Assembly: GCA_951406725.2 (NCBI GenBank)
Contig: OX597815.1
Location: 43,276,001-43,340,000, forward strand
Origin: Octopus vulgaris
Lineage: Eukaryota
Direction: 5' to 3'
DNA: 64,000 nt
This document shows, in pieces, positions 40,636 to 53,400 of the stretch (position 1 is its first letter; each line of letters opens with the position of its first letter). The position numbers and the translations under genes were made by a program. The notes beneath the pieces were generated by a model, which ran no database searches, was not told the origin of the DNA, and was given only the letters and a program-made list of their open reading frames with translations.

Positions 40636-41030
40636 CCTTTTACTCTTTTACTTGTTACAGTCATTTGACTGTGGTCATGCTGGAGTATCGCCTTTAGTCG
40701 AGCAAATCAACTTCAAGGACTTATTCTTTGTAAGCCTAGTACTTATTCTATCGATCTCTTTCACCGAACAGCTGTGTTACGGGGACGTAAACACACCAGC
40801 ATCGGTTGTCAAGCGATGTTGGGGAGATAAATACAGACACGCAAACATATACACACACATACATGTATATATAAGACGGGATTCTTTTTAGTTTCCGTCT
40901 ACCAAATCCACTGACAAGGCTTTGGTCGGCCCGAGGTTATAGTAGAAGACACTTGCCCAAGGTGCCACGCAATGGGACTGAACTCGGAACCATGTGGTTC
41001 GTAAGCAAGCTACTTACCATACAGTCACTC
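40636..41030 (-). mobile_element. SINE family B, near full length
   Basis: Matches 2381-2803 along its length. Confidence 0.9.
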
Positions 41031-41422
41031 ATGATTCACAAGAAAGATTTGGTCAGGACATTGCAAGACTTACGTAAGATAGTTCTTAGAAGGGAGGAGT
41101 AATGGTAGTATAGTTAGATTACTTCTGCTAGGCTCAATGATCTCAAAAGCCCGAGAAATTCGTGCTGCCTAACCTGTCATCGCTGTAGACCACAGTTTAA
41201 ATCTTCAGTTTAGAAACACGAGACTTAATCTTTTTGGCGATCAGCTAACAATCTGGTTATCTGGCAAAAAAAAAAAAAGAGTTACAAGTGGAAGGAAAAA
41301 TTTTTTTTCGGTAATTATGGCGCCATAGATCCGCCTCCCTTAAGTGCAAAAGTTAAAGAAGCAGACGAACTGGTAATGAAGGTGTTTCTCAACCTGCAAC
41401 ATTAACTAATATATACGTGACT

Positions 41423-41510
41423 AAGGCGGCGAGCTGGCAGAAACGTTAGCACGCCGGGCGAAATGCTTTGCAGAATTTCATCTGCCGTTACGTTCTGAGT
41501 TCAAATTTCA
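41423..41510 (+). mobile_element. SINE family A head only (3'-truncated)
   Basis: aaggcggcgagctggcagaaacgttagc...gagttcaaatt, then unrelated sequence. Confidence 0.85.
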
Positions 41511-42029
41511 AGAAATTTCCAAGAAATAGTCATACCTACGAGTCATTTGGCATTCCTGTTGATCAGAAAAAAATAGTTCGCTATCTTTGAGAATTATGAA
41601 TTTCATTAGAACCTGAGGTTTGCTGAGACATACTTCAATAACAGCTTCTAAATTCAAAAGAACTGCGGTTATGCAGTCTCACATGATCAACAGTTAAGAA
41701 ATCTATTTTAACCAACTATTCTCTCTTGTTGCATCGAAAGAAAAGATACAATTATATCCAGCATTATATTAACAGTATTATCATATCAACAGCTACGCCC
41801 GTTCGATTTTAGCGACTTAATTTCCTAGAATGGCAATAAATAAACTTTAAATAAACAGTGACAGTTAGTGGACTGCATCTTGAGAAAAACTACTTTGTTG
41901 ACAGCTAAATTTGAATATGATATCCCTACCACTACCACCACTACCATCATCATTCATAATCTATTTAAGCCCCTTTCGGTAAAATTAAAGCATGAATACG
42001 CTGAGCTGCTGACATGACAATTCTGGGCC

Positions 42030-42128
42030 TTGCCAAGACTATGATGAGTAACAACCTAATAACGTAAGTTGGAGTTTATTGCCAAGACTATGATGAGTAA
42101 CAACCTAATAACGTAAGTTGGAGTTTAT
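42030..42128 (+). repeat. Perfect 49-bp tandem duplication
   Basis: tgccaagactatgatgagtaacaacctaataacgtaagttggagtttat at 42031 and 42080. Confidence 0.92.
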
Positions 42129-42760
42129 GCATCTGTGCATGAATTACACTTTCAATATTTGGACGTCAAGTTTTTCCTGGGCCTTCTAATTTCCACACGC
42201 CAAAGCAATTACTTTATTTCCATGGGTAGTTTGCCTCCCAACGCTCTGGTTTCTATTAATTTTTAAAAAAGAGATTATTTTAAGAATTAATTAATTTTAA
42301 GAATAAAAGATCACATATTATGCTCAATTTCATTTTCAACAAAATAAAAATTTTTTGTATTTACCTAATCCTCTATCCTTATCGAATATGCTTGAAAAAT
42401 GTATTTACAATTTACACAATTAAATTATGAAATATGCTATTAATACTGAGCGCATTTGATATCAGATTACTATAAATTAACATGCAGCTTACGGTTTAAA
42501 AGAGTGAAAGTAAATTGTCCAAAAGAAGTGAAAGTAAAATGGTATAGAAACTGGAAGCAACGACACCGGCATCTCGAAATTTCAAAAACCGAATTTAAAG
42601 AACTCCTTCCTTATGCCACATAGACAGGTACTAACATGCATACTACCTTCTTGTGATATGCTAAGTATTTCAGAAGTAGCCGCTGAGGGTCATCGTCCAG
42701 TGTACTATAGGCAAGAATGAACACCACTGAGAAATGTGATTGTTTTCATCTTATAAAAAA

Positions 42761-43057
42761 CTAGCAGTATCGACCGACGTTGCTCGGGTTTGTAAGGGAA
42801 ATAACTATATAAGCATTTTTAGAGAGTTACTTCCCTTATATAATAGCGAAAAAATGCATTAAAATGGAAAAAAATGATGGTACTTTTTTTTTTAATCGTA
42901 GACTCATCGTAGACGCGCGCTAATACCCAGAAGGGCCCGATATGAATCATGACTATAAGATACCCGGTTTTGGTTAAACTGCACCGCAAAATGTGGGAGT
43001 AGTTAAGAATCTAAATGGTAGGAGACAGACACACAACCTCTCTTTTATATATAAAGA
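42761..43057 (-). mobile_element. Non-autonomous Helitron, same family as 38072-38348
   Basis: a|CTAGcagtatcgaccgacgttgctcggg ... cttttatatataaaGA|t. Retains an internal segment (cgtagactcatcgtagacgcgcg) missing from the other copy. Confidence 0.88.
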
Positions 43058-43391
43058 TATATGTACAGTTTTCATGTTATTTTAAATACATGTACGTTCT
43101 ATACATTCGCTATGTCACATACATTGCTTAAATGAAATTATGAGATGTCACCATCGCCATATTTAGTTTTAACTGTGACCTTTTACTTTCATTTAAGAAA
43201 TATATTCTAACCAACTATTATCTCTTGTTGCATCGAAAGAAAAGATACAAATATAAACTGTGCGTTAACCTCGCTATATACATATAAAAAACAGCTTTAT
43301 TTCTTACATGTTAGATAACATTTCATAAGAAATGCGATAATAGTCTATGGCTTTATAACGACAAGTTCTGGTCCGTTTGTAGCTACCTTAC

Positions 43392-43420
43392 AACTGGGAA
43401 AGCGCCGGGTACAGTGCTAG
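43392..43420 (+). mobile_element. Isolated Helitron-like 3' terminus
   Basis: ctgggaaagcgccggg hairpin-like sequence plus tacagtgCTAG|t. Confidence 0.5.
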
Positions 43421-43991
43421 TAAAACATACACACATGCACACGTACAGACACACAGAAATATATCTGCCTACACAGTGATTATTCATATAAACATATCCA
43501 TATAAAATGTATGAAAATACATTCGTGTATGCTTGCATGTATGTATGCAAACACCAACTATTTGATAAGAGAATTTGATGCAAACAAAAACAACGATGTC
43601 GTGTTGATTGCACCAGCATTTGGTTAGTTTGTCAACATTTTCTGACTTCTATTTCAGGTATATGTATATATAACATTTTTATCTTTGTCTTTTTTTTTTT
43701 TTTTTTTGCTTTACACAAATATACTTCTTTCCTTTTAGATAGGTACGTGAAGGGTTACGGTTTTGTATAATTATCTAACTGTCAACCGAAGAAATGTTAG
43801 TTAAAAGCTAACATGCAGATACTACACATAGTTACAGATAAGGCAAGTCTACATCAAACTTGAACACTACGACCATAGCGGACAAATATTGACTGATCTA
43901 ACAAACTGCATGAATGTGTGTGTTTTGGAGACTGTATGTTTGTGTGTGCGTGCGTGCGTATGTGTATGGCTCTAGTGTGAACCAAATCAAG

Positions 43992-44037
<46 letters not shown>

Positions 44038-44179
44038 CATATGTATATATGTATATATGTGCGTAGATATGCATATATACATATATGTATAAGTACTTAT
44101 ATATACATATGTATGTATATATACATATAAACGTACACACACACACATATGTATATTATATACATACGTACATATATAC

Positions 44180-44246
<67 letters not shown>

Positions 44247-44406
44247 ACATACTCATGCACCTGTGTATTTATACATACATTTAAACATATATACGATGGA
44301 GCATTGTATCTTAGAAACCTGCTCCTTCCTCAGAGGAAGAAATTAAACAATTAAAAACGAACTACGTACGTACATACATATATGCATACATACATACGTA
44401 CATACA

Positions 44407-44437
<31 letters not shown>

Positions 44438-44899
44438 GTGTGCATGTTTATATATGCTACATGCATGTATGAACGTATGCATATATAATATACGTACATG
44501 TGTATGTATACATGTACACACATACACACATACATACATACATACATACATACATACATACATACACATACATATATGTATGTATACATGTACACACGTG
44601 CGCACACGCACACATATTCACACGCACTCATACATGTACATTCACAAACACAAGCACGCACGCATATGTATGTAAGTATGGGTACGAACAAAGGGGTTCA
44701 ACGAAAGGGTTTTGCTTTCTTTCTCAATCGCCAAAGATAGAAGACAAAAACAGTTGCGGAAGTGCAGAAGGAGGTAGATGTAAATGAGGCGTGAACGTTC
44801 CTGGGAGTTCTAGTGTTGTGTGAGTAATACTATTCATGTACAGTTATTTACCCGAAGGGCTGAATTTATCTTTTACTTTTTACTATTATTTATTTTTAT

Positions 44900-45010
44900 G
44901 GGATTCAGTCTCACTGCATGGCACCTTGGACTAGTATTTTCTAAAGCCTAGGGCTGACGAAAGCCTTGTGAGTGGATTTGGTAGACGGAAACTGAAAGAA
45001 GCCCGTCGTA

Positions 45011-45012
<2 letters not shown>
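44900..45012 (+). mobile_element. SINE family B 5' half ending in (TA)n
   Basis: ggattcagtctcactgcatggcaccttgg...aaactgaaagaagcccgtcgta. Confidence 0.8.
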
Positions 45013-45064
<52 letters not shown>

Positions 45065-45078
45065 TCTATATATCTATA

Positions 45079-45114
<36 letters not shown>

Positions 45115-45159
45115 AAGGGGTTTGTATGACTGTGTATAGAGGGATTCCTGTCACAACCT

Positions 45160-45203
45160 GGGACCTTGAAGACTGCTTAAATGCAAGAAAGTATACTAGT
45201 CCC
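45160..45203 (+). ncRNA. Minimal type-I hammerhead-like motif (1-nt core insertion)
   Basis: gggac-CTTGAAGA-ctgc-ttaaat-gcaa-GAAA-gtatac-TA-gtccc. Stem I gggac/gtccc, palindromic stem III agtatact. Lies in a ~255-bp island between (TA)n tracts. Confidence 0.6.
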
Positions 45204-45364
45204 TTGATATTTGATATTCAATATTTCATCTATTCAATAAGACAATCAATACTTCATTTCATTTTACTATATATACTATTTATACTATATATTCTATATT
45301 CTACATTAATATTATAAAGAATATAAATAAAACATAAAAAATAGACAGAGTTGAAGTTCCTTTG

Positions 45365-45410
<46 letters not shown>

Positions 45411-45519
45411 ACCCTTGATACAGCCATGTAGCGCAACGCACACCCTGTTTGTTTACTTCATTCTAAAAAATATTCCCTGAATATTTATTGTGCGACTCTT
45501 AACTCTAGCTCTACTACAG

Positions 45520-45698
45520 TCCTATATTTAAGACATGAGGAATTATGTACATTATTTACATTATTTACATTTGACGAATATTTGTCCTCATGGTGTTTGT
45601 TGTTAACACAACGTGTCGGCTGATATACCCTCCAGGCTTCATCAGGTGTCTTAGGGAAATTTCGAACCTGATTTCTCATTCCTAAGGTATTTTTCCTT
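45520..45698 (-). mobile_element. Penelope-like pseudo-LTR / 3' end, inverted relative to the adjacent ORF fragment
   Basis: Contains the hammerhead at 45602-45650 and an A-rich 3' tail (gtaaataat repeats); abuts (GTT)n(ATT)n and the PLE RT fragment. Confidence 0.7.
45602..45650 (-). ncRNA. Minimal type-I hammerhead motif with GAAA>GACA change
   Basis: Minus: gacac-CTGATGA-a-gcctg-gagggtatat-cagcc-GACA-cg-TT-gtgtt. Stem I gacac/gtgtt, one mismatch in stem II. Confidence 0.7.
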
Positions 45699-45752
45699 CT
45701 TGTTGTTGTTGTTATTATTATCTTTATTATTATTATTATTATTATTATTATT

Positions 45753-46702
45753 CCACCCACTTCACAGAATTTATCAAGGATACCCCCATTAAATCCAACC
45801 AGATAGTGAGTCTAGATGTGATAACTCTATTCACCAAAGTCCCAACTGATGAAGCACTATCGGTGATTCAAGAAAAACTTGTAACAGACACCAATCTAAA
45901 AGAAACTTGATGGAAATGTTGACCTTCTGTGTAGACACTACCTACTTCAGTATGGGCACTGATGTATATCGACAAGAAGAGGGTTTAGCTATGGGTTCAC
46001 CATTATTACCAATAATAGCCAATATATACATGGAATACTTTGAAAATTTGGCTTTAGGATCAACACCACTAAAACCAATTCTATGGCTGCGATATGTTGA
46101 TGACACCTTTATACTCTAGCCCTACCAAGAAGATGTCCTAGTGCTATTAGATCATGTGAACTCAATAAAGTCAACCATACAGTTCACAATGGAAAAGGAA
46201 AAAGAAATCAGTTAGCATTCTCGGACGTATTAATAACATGCACCAAGTATGGATTCAAGACATCTGTATACCGCAAGCCAACCTTCATAGGACGATACTT
46301 CAACTTCAATTCTCAACTTCCATACAGTGTTAAGAGAGGGATTGCTCAGTGCCTAAAACATCGAGCAAAGAATATAAGTAGCGATCGTGATACCCACCAC
46401 AAAGAAATGATAAAGCTCAGTAACAATCTATTAAGCAACAACTACCCCCAAAACATACTATCCACTCCAATTATGAAGAAAAGAGAGGATGAAACGAATA
46501 AACTGTCCACAGTCTGTCTACCCTATGTGAAAGGCCTATCCGAAAAGCTACAACAGATATGCGGCCCATATGACATCAGGACAGTATTCAAGAGTAATAC
46601 AACACTTCGCAAATATCTCCTTCGAGTAAAACCACCAATAGAAGAGAATGTTACCAAAGACTGCGTGCACTCCATCCCATGCAGCTGTGGTAGGTTATAT
46701 AA
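45753..46702 (+). pseudogene. Penelope-like element RT and start of GIY-YIG endonuclease, disrupted
   Basis: SLDVITLFTKVPTDEAL; GLAMGSPLLPIIANIYME; WLRYVDDTF; VYRKPT; LPYVKGLSEKL; CVHSIPCSCGRLY. Stops and frameshifts lie between the segments. Confidence 0.92.
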
Positions 46703-46734
46703 AGATATCCTTAGCCATTCGCTGAATATGCATA

Positions 46735-46772
<38 letters not shown>

Positions 46773-47004
46773 CACATAATGTGTGTATAAAACCTTATGC
46801 ACCACAAGTCCAAACGGTAAAGTCCCCTCAGTAAATAACTCAGTATTCTATGTTCTAACTCAACATCCACTTTAAGTGCGAGGTAAATATTACCTTTTTG
46901 TATTAATATTGCCTGCTTTATTTTTCATCTGGTTAGAGAGAAAGTCAAAACATATCTGCTTGTCTTAATATTAGTTGTCACAAGTTAGCGCTCCAGGCAA
47001 AATT

Positions 47005-47920
47005 ATTAGCGGCGTTTCATCCGTCTTTACGTTCTGAGTTCAAATTCCCTCGAGGTCGACTTTGCCTTTAATTCCTTCAGGATCGATAAAATAGGTACTA
47101 GTTGAGTACTGGCGTTGATGTAATCGTTTTGCCCTCCCCCACCCCCAAAATTGCTGGTCTTGCGCCAAAATTTGAAACCAATATTTTGACTCAGATTAAG
47201 GCGGCAAGCTGACAGAATCGTTAGCACGTTAGGCAAAATGTTTAGCGGCATTTCGTCCGTCTTTATGTTCTGAGTTCGAATCCTACCAAGGTCGACTTTG
47301 CCTTTCATCTTGTCGAAGTCGATAAAATAAGTACTAGTTGAGCTCAGGGAATCGATGTAATAGACTTGTCTCCTTCCCAAAAAGCTGCTGTGCTTGTGTC
47401 AAAATTTTAAACCAATATTTTGATTCAGGACAAGGTGGCGAGCTGGCAGAATCGTTAGAACTCCGGACAAAATGCTTAGCTGCATTTCGTCCGTCTTTAT
47501 ATTTTGAATCCAAATTCCGCTGGGGTCGACTTTGCCTATCATACTTTCGGGATCGGTAAAATAAATACCTATTTCTTTATTACCCACAAGGGGCTAAACG
47601 TAGAGGGGACAAACAAGGACAGACATAGGTATTAAGTCGATTACATCGACCCCAGTGCGTAACTGGTACTTAATCTATCGACCCCGAAAGGATGAAAGGT
47701 AAAGTCGACCTCGGCGGAATTTGAACTCAGAATGTAACGGCAGACGAAATACCGCTAAGCATTTCGCTCGACGTGCTAACGTTTCTGCCAGCTCTCCGCT
47801 TTAAAATAAATACCGGTAAAATACCAGTTGAGTTCTGGAGTTCGATGAAATCGACTTATCCTCTCCTCAAATTTGCTGGCCTTGCGCTGAAATTTGAAAT
47901 TAATATTTCGACTCAGATAC
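47005..47920 (+). mobile_element. Head-to-tail array of three SINE family A units, the third interrupted by a younger copy
   Basis: Each unit ends with a variant of aaatttgaaaccaatattttgactcag (~47170, ~47403, ~47891). Confidence 0.8.
47570..47801 (-). mobile_element. Young SINE family A nested in an older copy, 13-bp TSD
   Basis: TSD taaaataaatacc at 47557-47569 and 47802-47814. Confidence 0.88.
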
Positions 47921-48119
47921 GCATTATCTAAAGTTTCACAGAAGTTAAAGAACGAATCAAAACTACTCTTGACTCAGAACCAAAACTCTGGACGATCAGA
48001 AACTCTTTTGTTTCTTTCTTGAAATTTTTAGTAATAGCGAGCATGTCACATAATTTTACAGCGTATATGAGAATCGGTAGTAGGGAAGGCAAAATATTTT
48101 GCGGAATTTGGTCATATAT

Positions 48120-48351
48120 ATTTCTTTACTACCCACAAGGGGCTAAACACAGAGGAGACAAACAAGGACAGACAAACGGATTAAGTCGATTACATCGACC
48201 CCAGTGCGTAACTGGTACTTAATTTATCGACCCCGGAAGGATGAAAGGCAAAGTCGACCTCGGCGGAATTTGAACTCGGAACGTAACGGCAGACGAAATA
48301 CGGCAACGCATTTCGCCCGGCGTGCTAACGTTTCTGCCAGCTCGCCGCCTT
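48120..48351 (-). mobile_element. Young full-length SINE family A
   Basis: Near-identical to 11257-11491. Confidence 0.9.
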
Positions 48352-48960
48352 ACGTTAAGCATTTGTGTTCAATACCTACTCTGCTGAGTTTTGTTTTCCA
48401 TTCTCCAGGGGTTAATAAACAAAATAAGTACTGAGGATGATGTTATTGATAGTCTAGCACGGCCGCAGTCAAATGAATGAAACCGGGAAAAAAATAACAA
48501 TATAAATAAAATATACATACAGCTCCAGCATGACCTTAGTCGTAATGGCAAAAGCAAACAAAAGAAGTAAGGAACTGAACATGCAATTACACACTGACAC
48601 CTGCTCCCTACGTGTGTGTGTGTGTGTGTGTGTGCACATACAACATATATATACGCATGCTTGGATACATATTGAGAATGGGAAAATAAAATGGGAAAGA
48701 CTTTATGAGAGAGTAGCGGAGTAGGATAGAAAGAAGGTGGGGCAAGTGATTCTGATGATAAATGCAAATTGGAAATGTAGAAAGAATCCAATAGACCAGA
48801 AAGAAAATCAGAAGTGAACCGTGACGTTCAGAGATGAAACGTGGAATGAGGAAATAGGGAGATAGGATAGGAAAAGAAAAAAATGAGAAACGCAGAAATG
48901 GTGAAAGAGATGCAAACAAAAGAAAATAGGAGGTTAGTATAGTGATGTTACTAAACCAAC

Positions 48961-49003
<43 letters not shown>

Positions 49004-49374
49004 CATATAATAGTCAAGTTAAAATTATATATATATATATATATATATGGACATCTGTTGGTCATGGTTATGAAGCAGATGTCAGACGGTGCTAACAGGA
49101 TCGACGGACTGTATGCACTGACATCAGAAAACAAAGACGAATGTATGAATTTAAACTAAACAGTCACCGTGTTTATAGAGTTTTAGAAGCACAATAAAGC
49201 AAGAAAGAGAGAAAGGAAGATACAAGAAGTAAGGAAAGATCAAGAGAGAAAGAATAAGATTCGTAAACTGGAAAAATTCAATAGTGCATCTTTTAAAATC
49301 TTTTAAAATATAGTTTAGCCAGGTTTTCAGACCGGTACATGTACGCTGAACAACACACACACACACACAAACAC

Positions 49375-49438
<64 letters not shown>

Positions 49439-49659
49439 CAAATAGTGAGGGATTATCAATCCGGGCAAAATACTTCATAAGCTGTATGTTGGCACACCAG
49501 GCTAATATTACATGGTTTAGATAAGAACTCCAAATAATCTTTTGGTAGGGTCCAGAGTTATGGTTCATCACCATTGTTTATTGTAAATCAGTGGATGGGC
49601 TCCAGATAAACTGAATACATATCGAGAATTATATGTAATAACCATTATTTTAACTTGTG

Positions 49660-49797
<138 letters not shown>

Positions 49798-50016
49798 GGA
49801 GGTTATGCGAGGTAATGGTCATTGAGACCCAAAGGTGTGAGGTGTTACTGAATAAGTGCTATAGATAGACCATAGCTACGTTCCCAGTTCGGTGAGTTTC
49901 CGAATAAGGGGTTCAACGGTGGTCGTATGCCAGCGTGTGTAAAACAATTTTTTTTCGTAATGAGATAAAAAAAAACCCATGGCTGAGTAGATTTTAGAAC
50001 ATTTATAGATAGAAAA

Positions 50017-50064
50017 GTCTTACAGGTGTTTCCAGGATATTTATTATATCCCTTTATGGGAAAC
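50017..50064 (-). ncRNA. Degenerate hammerhead-like relic
   Basis: Minus: gttt-cccataaa-gggatat-aataa-atatcct-g-GAAA-cacctg-TA-agac. Stems I and II are recognisable but the CUGANGA box has decayed. Confidence 0.35.
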
Positions 50065-50251
50065 GGTGTGAGAGGATAGTTAAATAATAGTCAATTTAAA
50101 TATGATACAAAATAGTGAGTGAGGTGGGGGAAAGAAAATAGATGTGAGATATGTAGTGATATTGAATTTGTAGATCCACTTTTTAGGCAAAATGGTCTTA
50201 CATGTATACCAATATTGGAATCTTACATGCATACAATAATACATACATACA

Positions 50252-50337
<86 letters not shown>

Positions 50338-50341
50338 TATA

Positions 50342-51202
50342 TGTAAGGTCTGATCAATAAGTATCAGGACCGTTGCCATAGTGACAAAGCTAAAGCACAC
50401 AGAAGGAAGCCGCTTGCACAGATTCACCTTGAACTCTGTTGTGCATGCGCACTAAGTTTTAACACTCACTTCCGCTGTTTACAGCAGTGCTTCGGAGTAA
50501 CGTGTGAACGTCGCATTGACCATGACAGAGAAAGTTGTTATGGTGATACCTGCTCAGAGGCCGACACAAAGTTGCAGAAAGTGTATGGTGAGGAGTGTAT
50601 GCGTCACACACAAGTGTTCGACAGGGTCAGACATTTCGATGAAGGCCGAAAAAATGTCGATAGTGACGAACGTTCTGGGAAAACCTACCCAGCAGAACAG
50701 AGGAAAAAATCAGAGATGTTCTTGCAGCTGTGAAGCAAAATCGTCGAATCACCATCCGTGAGTATCGGAGTATGTGCAGATTAGTGACGGTTCAGTTCAG
50801 TCCATTATCACTGAAGATTTGAGCAAGAGACGCGTGTCTGCCAAATTTGTGCCAAAACTGCTTTCAGCTGACTAAAAAGTCACTCGCGTGAAGTTGCACA
50901 AGATCTCTTTGATTGTGTCGAGAACGATAACTTTTTGAAAATTTTGCGTAGGTATCGCTAAGCTTTTGACAAAATTTGATGTAGATTCTCAGCACAGTTT
51001 TCTGTCATGGTCAATGCGACGAACACACCCTACACGCATTACTTCCAAGCACTGCTGGAAATAGCAGAAATGAGCTAGAACGTTAAAACTTAGAGCTCAT
51101 GCACAGCAGAGTTCAAGGTCAATCTGTGCTAAACGGCTTTACTCTGCATGCTTTGGCTTCGTTATTATGACAACTGTCCGGATACTTATTGATCAGACCA
51201 CG
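50342..51202 (+). mobile_element. mariner-derived non-autonomous element with two inverted 5' ends
   Basis: TIR ggtctgatcaataagtatc(a/c)ggac at both ends, TA flanks. Inverted similarity extends through cgtcgcattgaccATGacaga. Internal LQKVYGEECMRHTQVF...EGRKNVDSDERSGK and RRVSAKFVPKLL are the mariner HTH and WVPHEL-type linker. Confidence 0.88.
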
Positions 51203-51254
51203 TATATATGTGCTTGTTTGTGTTTGCAGTATGTGTGTGTGTGTGTATCATGTC

Positions 51255-51667
51255 TTTTACTCGTTTCAGTCAATCGACTTAAGCCATGCTGGGGCAACTC
51301 TTTGAAGGGTAGTTTAGTGGAACAAATTGATACCAGTATTTTTTTATCGAACCGCTAACTCATGGGGACATAAACAAACCAGCATTAGTTACTAAGCAAT
51401 ATTGGGACAGTCAAAATCACTAAGGCACACACACACACACATACACATACACACACACACGCACTCACACACATGCACTCACACATACACACATACGCAC
51501 GCACTCACGTACGCACACGTTTTTTATACTACTAGTTCTTTCAGTTTCGGTCTACCAAACTCATTTACATGGCTTTGGTTGGCCCAGCACTAAAATAAAA
51601 AACCCTTGCCCAAGGTGCGACGTGATTTGGAAGCAAACTTCTTACAGCAAAGCTATGCATGTGCCTA
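51255..51667 (-). mobile_element. SINE family B, diverged
   Basis: Tail, microsatellite and cttgcccaaggtgc blocks present. Confidence 0.75.
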
Positions 51668-51975
51668 TACAAACACTCACATATGTATGTATGTATGTAT
51701 GTATGTATATATAATATATATGTGTACGAAAATTGAACATTCCAATGCTTTATTAAAGACCTAATTTGCCAATATAGTTATTTCCTGCATTACGTAATAC
51801 AACTTAGCTTCTCCATACTTCCCGTTAATTATAGAGAGATTTTAATTAATAAGGATGCTTAATAAGGAATGCAAAATTCAAAATTCCGAAATTACAAAAC
51901 GTGAGGCCCCCGTATGTGTTAATAATAATATATCCTTTCACATGAGTAAAAAAATATTTTCGCAAACAATATCTA

Positions 51976-52305
51976 TAGGTATACCTCATCTTACGTCAAG
52001 CCGGTGACGTCTTTTTTAAACTTTATGTCGTGTTTTAAAGAAATTAATGGAGAAAATAAACCTCAACTTCAGTCGATTAATCTAACTTGACATCGGTCTC
52101 GACGAATATGCTTAGAAACATAGAAATAAAAGAAAAACACCCAAAAACCAATACTGAATCGGAAAATCAAATAAAATACGTGAAAATGTGTGTGAAACAA
52201 ATATAAGCTAATAAAAATTTTTAAATGATTTTTCGTGTTGCGTCGTTTTTTGAGTTGAGTCGCATATCTTGAAATCAGTTACCGACGTGAGGCGAGGTAT
52301 GCGTG
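51976..52305. mobile_element. Old TA-flanked MITE
   Basis: ta-taggtatacctcatcttacgtc versus reverse complement of the right end ta-cacgcatacctcgcctcacgtc. Confidence 0.5.
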
Positions 52306-52904
52306 TATTCTGGATTACATCTACAGAGCTCCTTGTGGATTCAGTTTGTTTTCTATGTTGTATTGGAATATTAGAAATTTAAATAGAAACCATTGCTCGC
52401 CGATTGGACGGATTCCATGGCTGAATGAGTGATCGTTTGACTGGCTGAATAAATGAGTGACTTATGGTAATGTTAATACTCTTTGGGAAGTATGCCTGGC
52501 TAGATGATAAATAATTGGATGAATGCTTCACTGACTATAGTATGAATGATTGTGCTGTTGGATGTCTCTCTACGTGTGACAGATGTTAACTCAATAGATA
52601 AGTCACTTCGTTACTTGAGTAATATAGCTAATTTCATAGAAGAAACAAATAAACAATCAATAGAAAATTTTTGCATAACACATCATAGAGTTAATGATAT
52701 AACAATGAATAGACATTTAGTCATGCGTGACCGTCCTAACGGAACAGATGCTAAATAAATTCAACATGGGTGGAAAGTGTTACTTTCGTTATCAAACCAA
52801 CATGACTTTTCTTTCTCTCATATACACACATATATACACACGTATGTGCATACGTACATGCATACATACATGCATATGTGCATGCATACAAATACACATA
52901 CACG

Positions 52905-52953
<49 letters not shown>

Positions 52954-53024
52954 GCTACATTTACACATAAATGTGTGTATATGTGTGTTTATGTATGTAT
53001 GAATGTATGTATGTATGCATGTCC

Positions 53025-53400
53025 TTAGGATCTGTGTGTCTGGAATTTTTGAGGTCCAGCAACAGTGAGAATGTGTCTGAGACATCTCTGATGAAAACGT
53101 TCAAGGACCCTTACCTGACGTTTGTACAGAGTCCATGTCTCACATGAGTAGAGAAGCGATGTCAGTACACAAGCACGGTACACAGCAACTTTTGTTCCCC
53201 TTGCGATGCCATGTTGGGACCAGACACGAGACTGAAGAGACCGGAAGGAATTAGTTGCTCTCTGCAACCTGAAAGATATTTCCTCATCCAGGGAGCAAGA
53301 ACGGCTGAGTGTGCTGCACAGGTAGACAAACTTGTCTACTACCAGCGCACAATGTTCCTGAAGGTCGGCAATGGTCTTCCTTGGTCACGAGTGGACGGCC
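53025..53400 (-). pseudogene. RTE-clade LINE ORF fragment (post-RT region)
   Basis: VDKFVYLCSTLSRSCSLDEEISFRLQRATNSFRSLQSRVWSQHGI...TKVAVYRACVLTSLLYSCETWTLY...LERFHQRCLRHIL; embedded in (ATGT)n. Confidence 0.88.
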
